Notes under the pieces: model-generated | The model's database searches: none | The model's input: only the letters and a program-made list of their open reading frames with translations | What the model was told of the DNA's origin: nothing | Source of the DNA: Octopus vulgaris | Taxonomy: Eukaryota | Direction of reading: 5' to 3' | Assembly: GCA_951406725.2 (NCBI GenBank) | Contig: OX597841.1 | Coordinates: 744,001-808,000, forward strand | Length of the DNA: 64,000 nt | Part shown: one piece after another, positions 12,016 through 24,000 of the stretch | Layout: each line of letters begins with the position of its first letter | How positions within the stretch are numbered: the first letter of the stretch is position 1 | Position numbers and translations under genes: made by a program

Positions 12016-12898
12016 CTTACTGTGTCTGTATTAGTTCGAAATAATGAGAATAAAATACGGAGAAGGAAACGAAAAGAAAGGGAAAAAGACGGGATCTGTC
12101 AGTTATTATTGTTATTACTATCATCTTCACCACCATCACCATCATCAGCAACATCACCATCACCATCATCATCTTCAATGACATTGTTTTATGTGTAGCC
12201 ACAGCCACCATCAACACTCCATTGTGTTGGAGAATGGGTGGTTAAAGAATTCATGTTCTTTGGGTCTATAAATAGCCACGGTAGATGGTGGAGACAAAGG
12301 ACGTTAATGGTCAGTAAAAGGTCAGACCTGTTTACGTTTATTTATTTATTTATTTATTTTTTTCCTTTCTCTTTTCTTCTTCACCACATGCATATGTATA
12401 TGTATATATATGTGTATTCACTCACACATATTATCTGATGTTTTCGTCGAAGATTTTTTTTTTTTTTTTTTCTTTTTTTAAATAACTTTCTGAGTTCAAT
12501 GTTATGTATATATTTTTAAATTTCTGAATTCAGTTGTATGTATATAGTAGTAGGTGCTTAATTCCATAACTTTTTATCGTGCATTTAATTGTGTTGTTAC
12601 AATAAAAGGTAATTTAAAAGGCAATTTTACACATTCTTATAGTCATGAGAGACGACTAAATGTAAATGTTCACGCAGAATTGGAGATATTTATGTTTCTA
12701 ATTTTTCTTGTTAGGTGTACGTTTGTATGAGCTGTAGATATGTAAGTTTTTTTTTTTACTTATTTTGAGGGTAATTCAAATTACTTACAGTAAACAGTAG
12801 ATCTTCCAGTTTTCTACAGTTGACCTGCTGGGTTCGCTGTTGCCAGTTCAGAGCATCGTAAAAATACGTCCATCCTCTGTCACGTCCAGCCGCCTTCC

Positions 12899-12959
<61 letters not shown>

Positions 12960-13264
12960 TAGGGTACTCGTTAAGCGATGTGTAGCTTAATGATCTATTT
13001 TTCTCTTGTATACCCAAAAGTAAATGAACGTATCAATAACCAGTTTTACAAGTGTTTGTGTGCGTTTATGTGTGTGCGTGCATGTGTGTGTGTATGCGTG
13101 TATGCGTGTATGCATGTATGTAATCTTTCTGTCGAACAACGTAGGCTCGAAACGTAAAAGACTTTTTTTCTATTCCTGAGCGCTATACTAATACATTTGT
13201 TTGTTTCTACTCCACCTGCCTTCGTCTTTTGTTTATTTTCGTAAACTTTCCCTTTATGTATGTA

Positions 13265-13655
13265 CTAGCAGTATCGCCCGGCGTTGCTCGGGTTTGTTTC
13301 GACCCTATGGAATTCGAATTTTTAAAAGTATAAAATTTTCCATTATGTAGCTTGTTATTCTTTTCAAGTGAACATTTTTCTGGTTGAAATACAACGAAAA
13401 GTGGCGACACAGCAGTGAAAAAATCGTAAAAAATCGGGATTTTCATAGAAAAAAGCACCTTTTTGATGTAAATAATTCTTGGTGTTAACATGGTCCGATT
13501 TGAATTTTATCCTCTACGGAAGGAAAAGCAACCCTTTTTCTATCATACTCTCAATTTTGGTCAACTTGAGCCGCAGGGTCTCGGAGGAGATAGTGTAAGT
13601 TGAAGGTTGCCAAACCTGGCGCACACAGACAACTTCATCTTTATATAGAGAGAGA
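13265..13655 (-). mobile_element. Non-autonomous Helitron
   Basis: On the minus strand, 5' TC(TC)nTATATAA and a 3' GC hairpin CCCGAGCAACGCCGGG shortly before terminal CTAG. Inserted between A and T with no TSD. Confidence 0.75.
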
Positions 13656-15176
13656 TGACACACACACACATTAATACACAAACACACACACACACACACA
13701 CACATGTATGTATGTATGGGTGTGTGTATGTATATATGTACATGAACCCAGGACCATGTGTTTGGAACGTAGTTTGTTACCACGCAGCCACACCTGCCCC
13801 TATGTATGTGTGTGTGTGCGTATGTGCGTATTGGTAGATATATTATGCATGTATATATATGTATATATATGTATACATATTACATGTACATCTATATATA
13901 TATACATCTACACATAAAATACAAAATACAAAGTTATATCTTGATGTCGCTAGTGATAACAATACTCAAAATATATAACAGACTGGAATTGTAGGCCCGT
14001 CTCTTGCAATTTCGATCAATTGGATTTTGTACTTCCTCTTGTATAGAAGTATACGGCTGCAGCGAAATTCATTTGGACTTTCTTCTATCGAAGGCATTTT
14101 AACAAAAATGCTTCCGTAAAGACGGTGAAAATATTGTCAATTTTCCCAAACAGGGACACAATTCAATTTTTAAACAATAACCAAAGCCCCTTATCCGAAA
14201 GGGGAGGGTTACGGTTTACAATTATTTAACAAATGCAACACAACAACGTTTCCCTGACGCGGAACCAACAAACGTGATTATAATAGTCAAACAGTAATAA
14301 TAATAACAACAAACCTCTTTAATTTATCCCCATTTATGTGAAACCACTTATTCAAGTTCAAGTCATTGATGCAATTTTATACGAATTGCTAGTACACACA
14401 CACACATAATAAGGGTGAAAAATTGAATATTAATTTGATTAATATGAATTGAAAACCAGTGATATAGCATATAAGACCATAGCGGATCTTCCTCTAGCAA
14501 AAAGGATGACCAGTATTATGGTGTCATCCCTGTTATATAAATACTTTCACTTTAATTATTGCACACTTGCAAAGACCAAGTAGGAAAAAGTGTGGTGGTA
14601 ATGGAAGGAGTGAAGCACTTGAAATGAGAGAGGGAAATCGTAAAATATTGAGTTTTTTCGAATTTTTGCTTAATTGGGGGTGAAATTGAAAATACTATAC
14701 ATGCCATGACCCAATGGAATCTACTTCGAAAAATCATAGGTAAATTCCAATTGAAGAAATTCTATACTGCACAATTGTATTAAAAACAAACTATTTGGGA
14801 GGCAGAGAAAATCTGCCTTTTCTCATAAGAGATTATACAATTTTATTAAATATTTTATACACAGAGGAAAAATTCATGACAAAAATCGAATAATCGATTA
14901 TAAGTAATAACCAGCCTCTCCTGTTGATGAAACCTGGATGCTTCTCTTCGATGGCCAGCAATATCAATATTCGTAACGGAATTTTCATAGTTACAAAACT
15001 AAGAAAATGTATGTTTAAGTAATGACTTCAAATTTATCAAAATAACGGCGTGGTACATTGACGGAGTTTTATCAGTTTGAAATACCACTATATATTCTGC
15101 TTCGTTTCCATTAATATATTATGGATTCTAATGAGCAAATCTTTATTAAAACATAGAGGTAATAATAAATTTAAAT

Positions 15177-15316
15177 GTTGGGTTGTCCGGAAAGTTCGTG
15201 CCGATTTTTAAAGGAAAGAAAAAGGTCAATAAATACTTGACTTTACATTTTTAATCAACCAAATATGAAACATTTTGTTGCACAATGCGTCTCCATCTTT
15301 CCTTTCACTTGAAAAT
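15177..15316 (-). mobile_element. Mariner right-end fragment (same family as 2061-2514)
   Basis: TTGGGTTGTCCGGAAAGTTCGTGCCG TIR plus reverse complement of the transposase C-terminus. Confidence 0.8.
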
Positions 15317-15780
15317 TCATACATACATACATACATACATACATACATGCATGCATTCATACATAGATACGTACATACACACATACATGCATGCATGCAT
15401 GCATACATACATACATACATACATACATACATACATACATACATACATACATGCATAAATACATACAAACATACATACATACATACATACGTACATGAAT
15501 ACATACATACATACCTACATAAATACATACATACATAAATACATACATACATAAATACATACATGCATACATACCCACATGCATACATACATACTTACAT
15601 AAATTCATACATACATACATACATAACTACATACATACATACGTACATACATAAATACATACGTACATACATGCATACATACATACATACTTACACACAT
15701 ACATGCATGCATACATACATACATACATACATACATACATACATACATACATACATACATACATACATACATACATACAT
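15317..15780. repeat. (TACA)n tetranucleotide array
   Basis: Seen directly. Confidence 0.9.
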
Positions 15781-15913
15781 GCAAATAAAAATACCCTGTT
15801 GTTGATCTTGAAATTCCAATGAAGGAGCTTGGATGTAGGTTAGAAACCGATTATTTCTCTATGGGCAAGAAATCTTGAAATAAACTGAATAATGACATAC
15901 ATATGAGACTCTT

Positions 15914-15944
<31 letters not shown>

Positions 15945-16072
15945 AAGCGAGCATGAGTGCGTGTATGTCTACAGTGATAGATCCGAGTGTTTCATTTATT
16001 CACAATTTGATTTATTAATTTCACCGGACTATGAATACGCAGTCGTCCACACTTATCACTGCCCTTATTAGT

Positions 16073-16495
16073 GGTTACAGGGAAATGATTGCGGAGTCCC
16101 TTTTTGCCTTATGCTTTTCCTTGTCCTTTTTGTATTTCTTCGTTTGTTTTGCCGTTTTTTTCTCGGCTTTCAATACTCCCTCAGTCCTAACTGCCACTAG
16201 CAAGCTTTCCTCGCTTTAGAATATCTGTCTCATCAAGTTCCCGAGTTCGATACCTACGCAGTCTTGCACACTTATCAGTGCCTTTCCTCCATTTGCTCTC
16301 TTCGTGTAGAGACGATCAGTGTCTGCACGTGGATGATGGCCTCCATGCATCATTAGACGCTTCCTTGTCTTCCTGTCCAACTCTTATCTCTCCTCCTCTG
16401 TTCAGTGAAGGATCCCAGCGCCATACCGAACTACTGCGGCTGCGCGTAAGTTCATGGCCGAAATTATGTTCCAGGTATTCAGCTTTGAAGCCAAT
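16073..16495 (-). mobile_element. Paralogous copy of the old R4-like fragment (shared with 32192-32615)
   Basis: Near-identical reverse complement of 32192-32615, adjacent to the (TAC)n tract before exon 2. Confidence 0.75.
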
Positions 16496-16577
16496 ACTAT
16501 TACTACTGCTGCTGCTATTACTACTACTACTACTACTACTACTGCTACTACTACTGCTACTGCTACTGCTGCTACTA

Positions 16578-16609
<32 letters not shown>

Positions 16610-16650
16610 ACTGCTGCTACTGCGGCTACTACAAATACTACTACTGCTAT

Positions 16651-16681
<31 letters not shown>

Positions 16682-16697
16682 GCGATTATTATTTCAG

Positions 16698-16876
16698 ACA
16701 GCCAATGGATTAAAGCATATGCCATATCAATGAGTGCTGGTTCGAGAATCTATGAGTCATTCATGAATATAGGAAGTCCTTCAACCTGGAATGTGGACAA
16801 ATGCAATGGTACCTTCTGTCCTAACTTCTTCCGAAATCCCTTCCTTGATTTCTGGGAACATCTTCCAATTGATGAG
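16698..16876 (+). CDS. Gene A exon 2 (SQWIKAYAISMSAGSRIYESF...FFRNPFLDFWEHLPIDE)
   Basis: Acceptor TTTCAG ends at 16697 and donor GTACGT starts at 16877. 179 nt, the same length as exon 2 of B and D. Phase 1 to 0 fits the neighbouring exons. Confidence 0.85.
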
Positions 16877-16940
16877 GTACGTAGCCATATGCATACACAT
16901 ACACTAATATACATATAATAATAGTAATAATCGTGACGAA

Positions 16941-17190
16941 TATTTGCCTTTTAAATATGGCTAACCCCTAAGGGTGGATGCTACTGTAGTTTGTAGCCCC
17001 AGGAGAACACCTCCCAGAAACTCGAGTCCGTGTGTATCATAAGTTAAAGACGGGAAGGATGGCTTCCCTTTGCAAATACTGATAGGGCACAGAAAATGTG
17101 TCTATAGCCAGCGGGAGGAGGTATCCTCCTGGGGCTACAAATTACAGTAGCATCCACCCTAAGGGGTTAGCCATATTTAAATGGCAAATA
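16941..17190. mobile_element. MITE with ~65-bp terminal inverted repeats (TATTTGCC...GGCAAATA)
   Basis: Long TIRs, TA at both ends. Paralogous copy at 31666-31914. Confidence 0.8.
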
Positions 17191-17191
17191 C

Positions 17192-17424
17192 AGGCAATGG
17201 CCCAGTGGTTAGGGCAGCGGACTTGCGGTCGGAGGATCGCGGTTTCGATTCCCAGACCGGGCGTTGTGTGTGTTTATTGAGCGAAAACACCTAAAAGCTC
17301 CACGAGGCTCCGGCAGGGGATGGTGGTGATCCCTGCTGTACTCTTTCACCACTCTAAAGGCGGTGCTCCAGCATGGCCGCAGTCAAATGACTGAAACAAT
17401 TACAAAAAAAAAAAAAAAAAAAAA
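17192..17424 (+). mobile_element. tRNA-derived SINE family 3 head fused to a family 1 tail, with poly(A)
   Basis: TGGCCCAGTGGTTAGG...GTTTCGATTCCC head matches 28041-28200, followed by CTAAAGGCGGTGCTCCAGCATGGCCGCAGTC and a poly(A) run. Confidence 0.75.
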
Positions 17425-17991
17425 ATACGTCACATGTGTTGTAGCTACCGTTTATAACTCGCTCTTAGATTTTTTATTAATAGTCAATTCAATTGTTTGT
17501 TACGTTTTTGACCTACAAAAATTATTTATGAGGAAGGCGAAACAGTGTTGAATAGAATTCTATCCGCGGAAAACCGCAGTAATAAGAAAAGATTATCACA
17601 GACAAAAGAAACTCCTTTTGGGGTTTTTTTTATTTGATTTTGATTTTCCAGTTTCAGCTAATGAGCTGTGGCCATCCTGGGGCACCGCCATTTAATGAGT
17701 AAATGGGAAACAAAATCGATGAAATCAGCTTACCATACATGACTGATTTCAGCAGAAAGTAAAGCACGTGGACCTCGATGGTACTTGGATTCAAAGCTGA
17801 ATTACTTTGTCATTCTTCTTGTGAGATGGCAAGATTGAGTAACAAACAAAACCTTATGGGAACAGACGAACCAGGGACCTGTCAGAGCCCAGATCAAGAG
17901 CAGTCATGGATCATGGCTAGTTCAAAATATAAATTTATTTCGTCACTGTATTTATTGCGGAGATGTGTCAATTCATGGAATGTTTTACTCT

Positions 17992-18048
<57 letters not shown>

Positions 18049-18334
18049 GGGGGTGTAATAGAGCTAAAAACGGATGGATTATTTGGGTATAACGACACAC
18101 GTTTCCTTTGCAGAAGATTGTTATTATAGACACATTACGTCATGCAACATGGAATGGAATAGCTTTGAGATCGTATGTAATACTATGAAATAAGTTTGAA
18201 TAACATTACCAATTCTGTAGGTCATACTGTATTAGAGGTTAATTAGCGATGTATACCACATAGTATCATGGTAATATAGGAATTTTTCAAGTGAAGGGGT
18301 ATCAAATATGTTATTTGATTCATTTAGAGATATT

Positions 18335-18722
18335 AATCGTCTGGAAGCCGTTTAGCGACGTGCAACCGAGAGAATACCCTCCATCAGGCATTTGCCATAT
18401 TCTGAACGCCTTACTTCTCTGGGCATGGACACATTGAAACATTTTTTCACGCTGAGAGTTGCTGAAGCATGGAACAAACTGCCGGTATCAGTCGTTAGTT
18501 GTCGGAGCACAGCATCCTACAAAACTTCCATGCTTTCTGAGATTCGCCAACACTACACCTGATCTCCTCCCCTCCATACACACGCAAACATGTATCTGAC
18601 TCAAACACTGTTTGCTTTCCAGACATTTGTACTTTACTGCATATACTTTATACGCACTTTCTGACAAGTTCTGGTGCACCTGAGCACTGTATACAATAAT
18701 TTCATTATTATTATTATTATAG
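18335..18722 (+). mobile_element. CR1/L2-type LINE 3' fragment
   Basis: IPSIRHLPYSERLTSLGMDTL..FFTLRVAEAWNKLP, with an (ATT)n tail. Confidence 0.75.
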
Positions 18723-19042
18723 CAAGATACGGATTAGGTGATTGGCCAATCAAAATCATTAATTTTGCCTGTTATGCTTTCCTGTTTACACTGCGTGTGT
18801 GTCAGTGTGTCTCAGTGTGTGCGTGTGCGTGTGTGTGCGTGTGTGTATGTGTTTGTGTATTTACGTGTGTCTGTGTGTGTGTGTTTGTGTGAGATTGTGT
18901 GTGTGTCTGTGTTTGTGTGTGTGTGTGTGTGTGAGTGTTTGTGTGTGTGTGTGTGAGTGTTTGTGTGTGTGTGTGTGAGTGTGTGTGTGTGTGTGTACCC
19001 GTGTGTGTATATGTGTGTGCTACATGCTCATTTCTTTTGCAG

Positions 19043-19197
19043 GTAAAACTGGTAATCTATAAAAAGGGAACCGATTCGAAAACAATCATATTTGATGGAC
19101 GAAGTACAACCCTTAAAACCTGGTTCTCTCACGAAAACTTGAAAAGTTCACCATGGGACGACCTAGCTTCCGCCCCCAGATATAAGTACTTAATGAG
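19043..19197 (+). CDS. Gene A exon 3 (VKLVIYKKGTDSKTIIFDGRSTTLKTWFSHENLKSSPWDDL...)
   Basis: TTTTGCAG acceptor, GTGAGT donor at 19198, open frame, homologous to exon 3 of B and C. Confidence 0.85.
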
Positions 19198-19711
19198 GTG
19201 AGTATAGTATGTCTATATATCTTTTATGCTGGGGGTTTTTTCCGTTACGTAGAGACTTATCATGTTACAAAACATATAACTTTCGTAGGCAACAGATATA
19301 AAGTTTAACCTATACATTTAGACGCTAAACTTTCTGGAGACGAACAACATATGCCCAGGCTTTCAACAGTATATCTTCATTTGTTATGATATACAGAATG
19401 CTAATTTGAACTAATACTGCTGCCGTCTGTAAAGATGAAATATATCCGGCGTCCCGTCCAGGAGGGGAACCTATACGCCAAGAAACCGGGAAAGCGGCCC
19501 TTATGAGCCAGGTATGGCTTGAGAAGGAACAACCAGCCGCCGCTGCAAGAGGCTATAACTCTATTAATGGTACAATTTCTGTATTTTCAACACTACACGA
19601 CCAAATGGAATGCTTTCTCGTGACGAACCGCACAGTTTCCTGAATTTCACATTAAGTAGCATATTTTAAAGTGGGAAGCACGAAAATGTATTTTCACCTT
19701 AAAATGTACAC

Positions 19712-19900
19712 TCTTTTATTCTTTTACTCGTTTCAGTCATTTGACAGCGGCCATGCTGGAGCAGTTTTAGTCGAGCAAATCGACCCCATGATTTATTCTT
19801 TGTAAGCCTAGTACTTATTCTATCGGTCTCTTTGGCCGAACCGCTATGTTACGGGAAAGTAAACACACCAGCATCGGGGGGACAAACACAGACACACAAA
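19712..19900 (-). mobile_element. SINE family 1, 3' half
   Basis: Matches 3800-4000. Confidence 0.75.
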
Positions 19901-19908
19901 CACACATA

Positions 19909-19946
<38 letters not shown>

Positions 19947-19952
19947 CACACA

Positions 19953-20006
<54 letters not shown>

Positions 20007-20057
20007 CAGTTAATTTAAACATAAAAGCACAAAAAAACACAACAACGCGACATATAT

Positions 20058-20147
20058 TTACTTGGGCAAGTATTTTCTACTATAGCCTCGAGCTCACCAA
20101 AGCCTTGTGAGTGGATTTGGTAGACGGAAACTGAAAGCAGCCCGTCG

Positions 20148-20215
<68 letters not shown>

Positions 20216-20417
20216 TGTGTTTCTCCCCCCAACACCGCTTGACAAAAGATGCTGGTGTGTTTACGTCCCCGTAACTTAGCGGTTCTGCAAAAGAGACCGA
20301 TAGAATAAGTACTAGGCCTACAAAGAATAAGTTCTGGCTCGATTTGCTCGACTAAAGGCGGTGCTCCAGCATGGCCGCAGTCAAAATAACTGAAACAAGT
20401 AAAAGAGTAAAAGAGTA
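20058..20417 (+). mobile_element. SINE family 1, 5'-truncated
   Basis: CTTGGGCAAGT...GGCGGTGCTCCAGCATGGCCGCAGTC...AAAAGAGTAAAAGAGTAA. Confidence 0.78.
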
Positions 20418-20470
20418 AACGTTTAGGCTTTCATATTCTGAAACACATCCAACTTTTATTAATTCCACAG

Positions 20471-20631
20471 AGACTTTCGTCCCTTCGGTATATCAATAGG
20501 GGCTAAGTGTACAAAGATGAGTGGCTGGTTCATTGTTGATGCCGCACCGCCAACTTGTTCGTTTGGTTACAGAAAACATTCTCCTTCACTCCGTTATTCT
20601 GATAAAAACTCGAAAGTTTTTTGGAGAAACG
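20471..20631 (+). CDS. Gene A exon 4 (DFRPFGISIGAKCTKMSGWFIVDAAPPTCSFGYRKHSPSLRYSDKNSKVFWRN)
   Basis: CCACAG acceptor, GTGAGT donor at 20632. 161 nt as in B and C. Phase 2 to 1. Confidence 0.8.
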
Positions 20632-20962
20632 GTGAGTGATATTTTTATAATTTGTGTGTGTGTGTGTTTTTGTGTGTGTGTGTGTGTGTGTGTATGCGTA
20701 TGTATGTGTGTGGGCGTGTGCACGAGTGTGTGTGTGCGTGCGCGCGTGTATATGTGCGTGTATGTGCGCGTTTATGTGTGTGAGCCTTAATTCAACTGAT
20801 TAATTATTAAGAGCATCCCAACCACGACACTCTTGTATGTTTCCCACTCAACGATGTAAAGATTCGGCTGCTATTTCTAGTAATTCAAGTGAACGCGTAT
20901 GAAGACCTTCCACGATTTATTTCCATTCCTTTGGTTATTGATGTTGTTATTGTTACTTCCAG

Positions 20963-21012
20963 GTTATGCATTAGCAGACTCCATGGCCGTATTCATCCGC
21001 CTGAGGCAGTAG
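20963..21012 (+). CDS. Gene A exon 5, terminal (GYALADSMAVFIRLRQ*)
   Basis: TTCCAG acceptor and TAG at 21010-21012. Matches B exon 5 (GFEIGDSMAIFIRLKP*). Spliced CDS 334+179+155+161+50 = 879 nt stays in frame. Confidence 0.8.
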
Positions 21013-21040
21013 AATTTATCCAGCACATGATACTATTGTT

Positions 21041-24000
21041 GTTGTTAACGTCCATCCAATCCTGCTGACCACCACTAGTGATCCCAGTAGGTCAAGTATT
21101 ACCCGTTAATAAAGAATCCATATAAATATTCTAAGTTGTTAACGTCCATCCAATCCTGCTGACCACCACTAGTGATCCCAGTAGGATAAGTATTACCTTT
21201 TATTAAAGAATCCATATAAATATTCTAAGATGTATACGTCCATCCAATCCTGCTGACCACCACTAGTGATACCAGTACGTCAAGTATTACCCGTTAATAA
21301 AGAAACCATGTAAATATTCTAAGTTGTTAACGCCCATCAAATCCTGCTGACCACCACTAACGATCCCAGTAGGTCAAGTATTACCTGTTAATAAAGAAAC
21401 CATATAAATATTCTAAGTTGTTAACGTCCATCCAATCCTGCTGACAACCACTAGTGAACCCAGTAGATCAAGTATTACCTGTTAATAAAGAATCCATATA
21501 AATATTCTAAATTGTTAACGTCCATCCAATCCTGCTGACCACCACTAGTGATTCCAGTAGATCAAGTGTTACCTGTTAATAAAGAAACCATATAAATATT
21601 CTAAGTTGTTAACGTCCATCCAATCCTGCTGACCACCACTAGTGATCCCAGTAGATCAAGAATTACCTGTTAATAAAGAATCCATATAAATATTCTAAGT
21701 TGTTAACGTCCATCCAATCCTGCTGACCACCACTAGTGATCCCAGTAGGTCAAGTGTTACCTATTAATAAAGAATCCATATAAATATTCTAAGTTCTTAA
21801 CGTCCACCCAATCCTGCTGACCACCACAAGTGATCCCAGTAGGTCAAGTGTTACCTGTTAATAAAGAAACCATATAAATATTCTAAGTTGTTAACGTCCA
21901 TCCAATCCTGCTGACCACCACTAGTGATCCCAGTAGATCAAGTATTACCTGTTAATAAAGAATCCATATAAATATTCTAAATTGTTAACGTCCATCCAAT
22001 CCTGCTGACCACCACTAGTGATCCCATTAGATCAAATATTACCTGTTAATAAAGAATGCATATAAATATTCTAATTTGTTAACGTCCATCCAATCCTGCT
22101 GACAACCACTAGTGAACCCAGTAGATCAAGTATTACCTGTTAATAAAGAATCCATATAAATATTCTAAATTGTTAACGTCCATCCAATCCTGCTGACCAC
22201 CACTAGTGATCCCAGTAGATCAAGTGTTACCTGTTAATAAAGAACCATATAAATATTCTAAGTTGTTAACGTCCATCCAATCCTGCTGACCACCACTAGT
22301 GATCCCAGTAGATCAAGTATTACCTGTTAATAAAGAATCCATATAAATATTCAAAGTTGTTAACGTCCATCCAATCCTGCTGACCACCACTAGTGATCCC
22401 AGTAGGTCAAGTATTACCTGTTAATAAAGAATCCATGTAAATATTCTAAGTTGTTAACGTCCATCCAATCCTGCTGACCACCACTAGTGATCCCAGTAGG
22501 TCAAGTGTTACCTGTTAATAAAGAAACCATATAAATATTCTAAGTTGTTAACGTCCATCCAATCCTGCTGACCACCACTAGTGATCCCAGTAGATCAAGT
22601 ATTACCTGTTAATAAAGAATCCATATAAATATTCTAAATTGTTAACGTCCATCCAATCCTGCTGACCACCACTAGTGATCCCATTAGATCAAGTATTACC
22701 TGTTAATAAAGAATGCATATAAATATTCTAAGTTGTTAACGTCCATCCAATCCTGCTGACCACCACTAGTGATCCCAGTAGATCAAGTATTACCTGTTAA
22801 TAAAGAATCCATATAAATATTCTAAGTTGTTAACGTCCATCCAATCCTGCTGACCACCACTAGTGATCCCAGTAGGTCAAGTATTACCTGTTAATAAAGA
22901 ATCCATATAAATATTCTAAGTTGTTAACGTCCATCCAATCCTGCTGACCACCACTAGTGATCCCAGTAGGTCAAGTATTACCTGTTAATAAAGAATCCAT
23001 ATAAATATTCAAAGTTGTTAACGTCCATCCAATCCTGCTGACCACCACTAGTGATCCCAGTAGATCAAGTATTACCTGTTAATAAAGAATCCATATAAAT
23101 ATTCTAAATTGTTAACGTCCATCCAATCCTGCTGACCACCACTAGTGATCCCAGTAGATCAAATATTACCTGTTAATAAAGAATGCATATAAATATTCTA
23201 ATTTGTTAACGTCCATCCAATCCTGCTGACAACCACTAGTGAACCCAGTAGATCAAGTATTACCTGTTAATAAAGAATCCATATAAATATTCTAAATTGT
23301 TAACGTCCATCCAATCCTGCTGACCACCACTAGTGATTCCAGTAGATCAAGTATTACCTGTTAATAAAGAAACCATATAAATATTCTAAGTTGTTAACGT
23401 CCATCCAATCCTGCTGACCACCACTAGTGATCCCAGTAGATCAAGTATTACCTGTTAATAAAGAATCCATATAAATATTCTAAATTGTTAACGTCCATCC
23501 AATCCTGCTGACCACCACTAGTGATCCCAGTAGATCAAGTATTACCTGTTAATAAAGAATCCATATAAATATTCTAAGTTGTTAACGTCCATCCAATCCT
23601 GCTGACCACCACTAGTGATCCCAGTAGGTCAAGTGTTACCTGTTAATAAAGAAACCATATAAATATTCTAAGTTGTTAACGTCCATCCAATCCTGCTGAC
23701 CACCACTAGTGATCCCAGTAGGTCAAGTATTACCTGTTAATAAAGAATCCATATAAATATTCTAAATTGTTAACGTCCATCCAATCCTGCTGACCACCAC
23801 TAGTGATCCCATTAGATCAAGTATTACCTGTTAATAAAGAATGCATATAAATATTCTAATTTGTTAACGTCCATCCAATCCTGCTGACCACCACTAGTGA
23901 TCCCAGTAGATCAAGTATTACCTGTTAATAAAGAATCCATATAAATATTCTAAGTTGTTAACGTCCATCCAATCCTGCTGACCACCACTAGTGATCCCAG

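Noticed and set aside
15226-15805. Multiple MYVC/HTYI-repeat ORFs (also 55939-56567, 18738-19020, 45462-45684, 46296-46590)
   Set aside because: Translations of di- and tetranucleotide microsatellites.
16454-16697. Thr/Ala-rich mucin-like N-terminal extension of exon 2
   Set aside because: It is a (TAC)n microsatellite plus antisense retroelement sequence. A canonical acceptor at 16697 is conserved in paralogs with different repeats.
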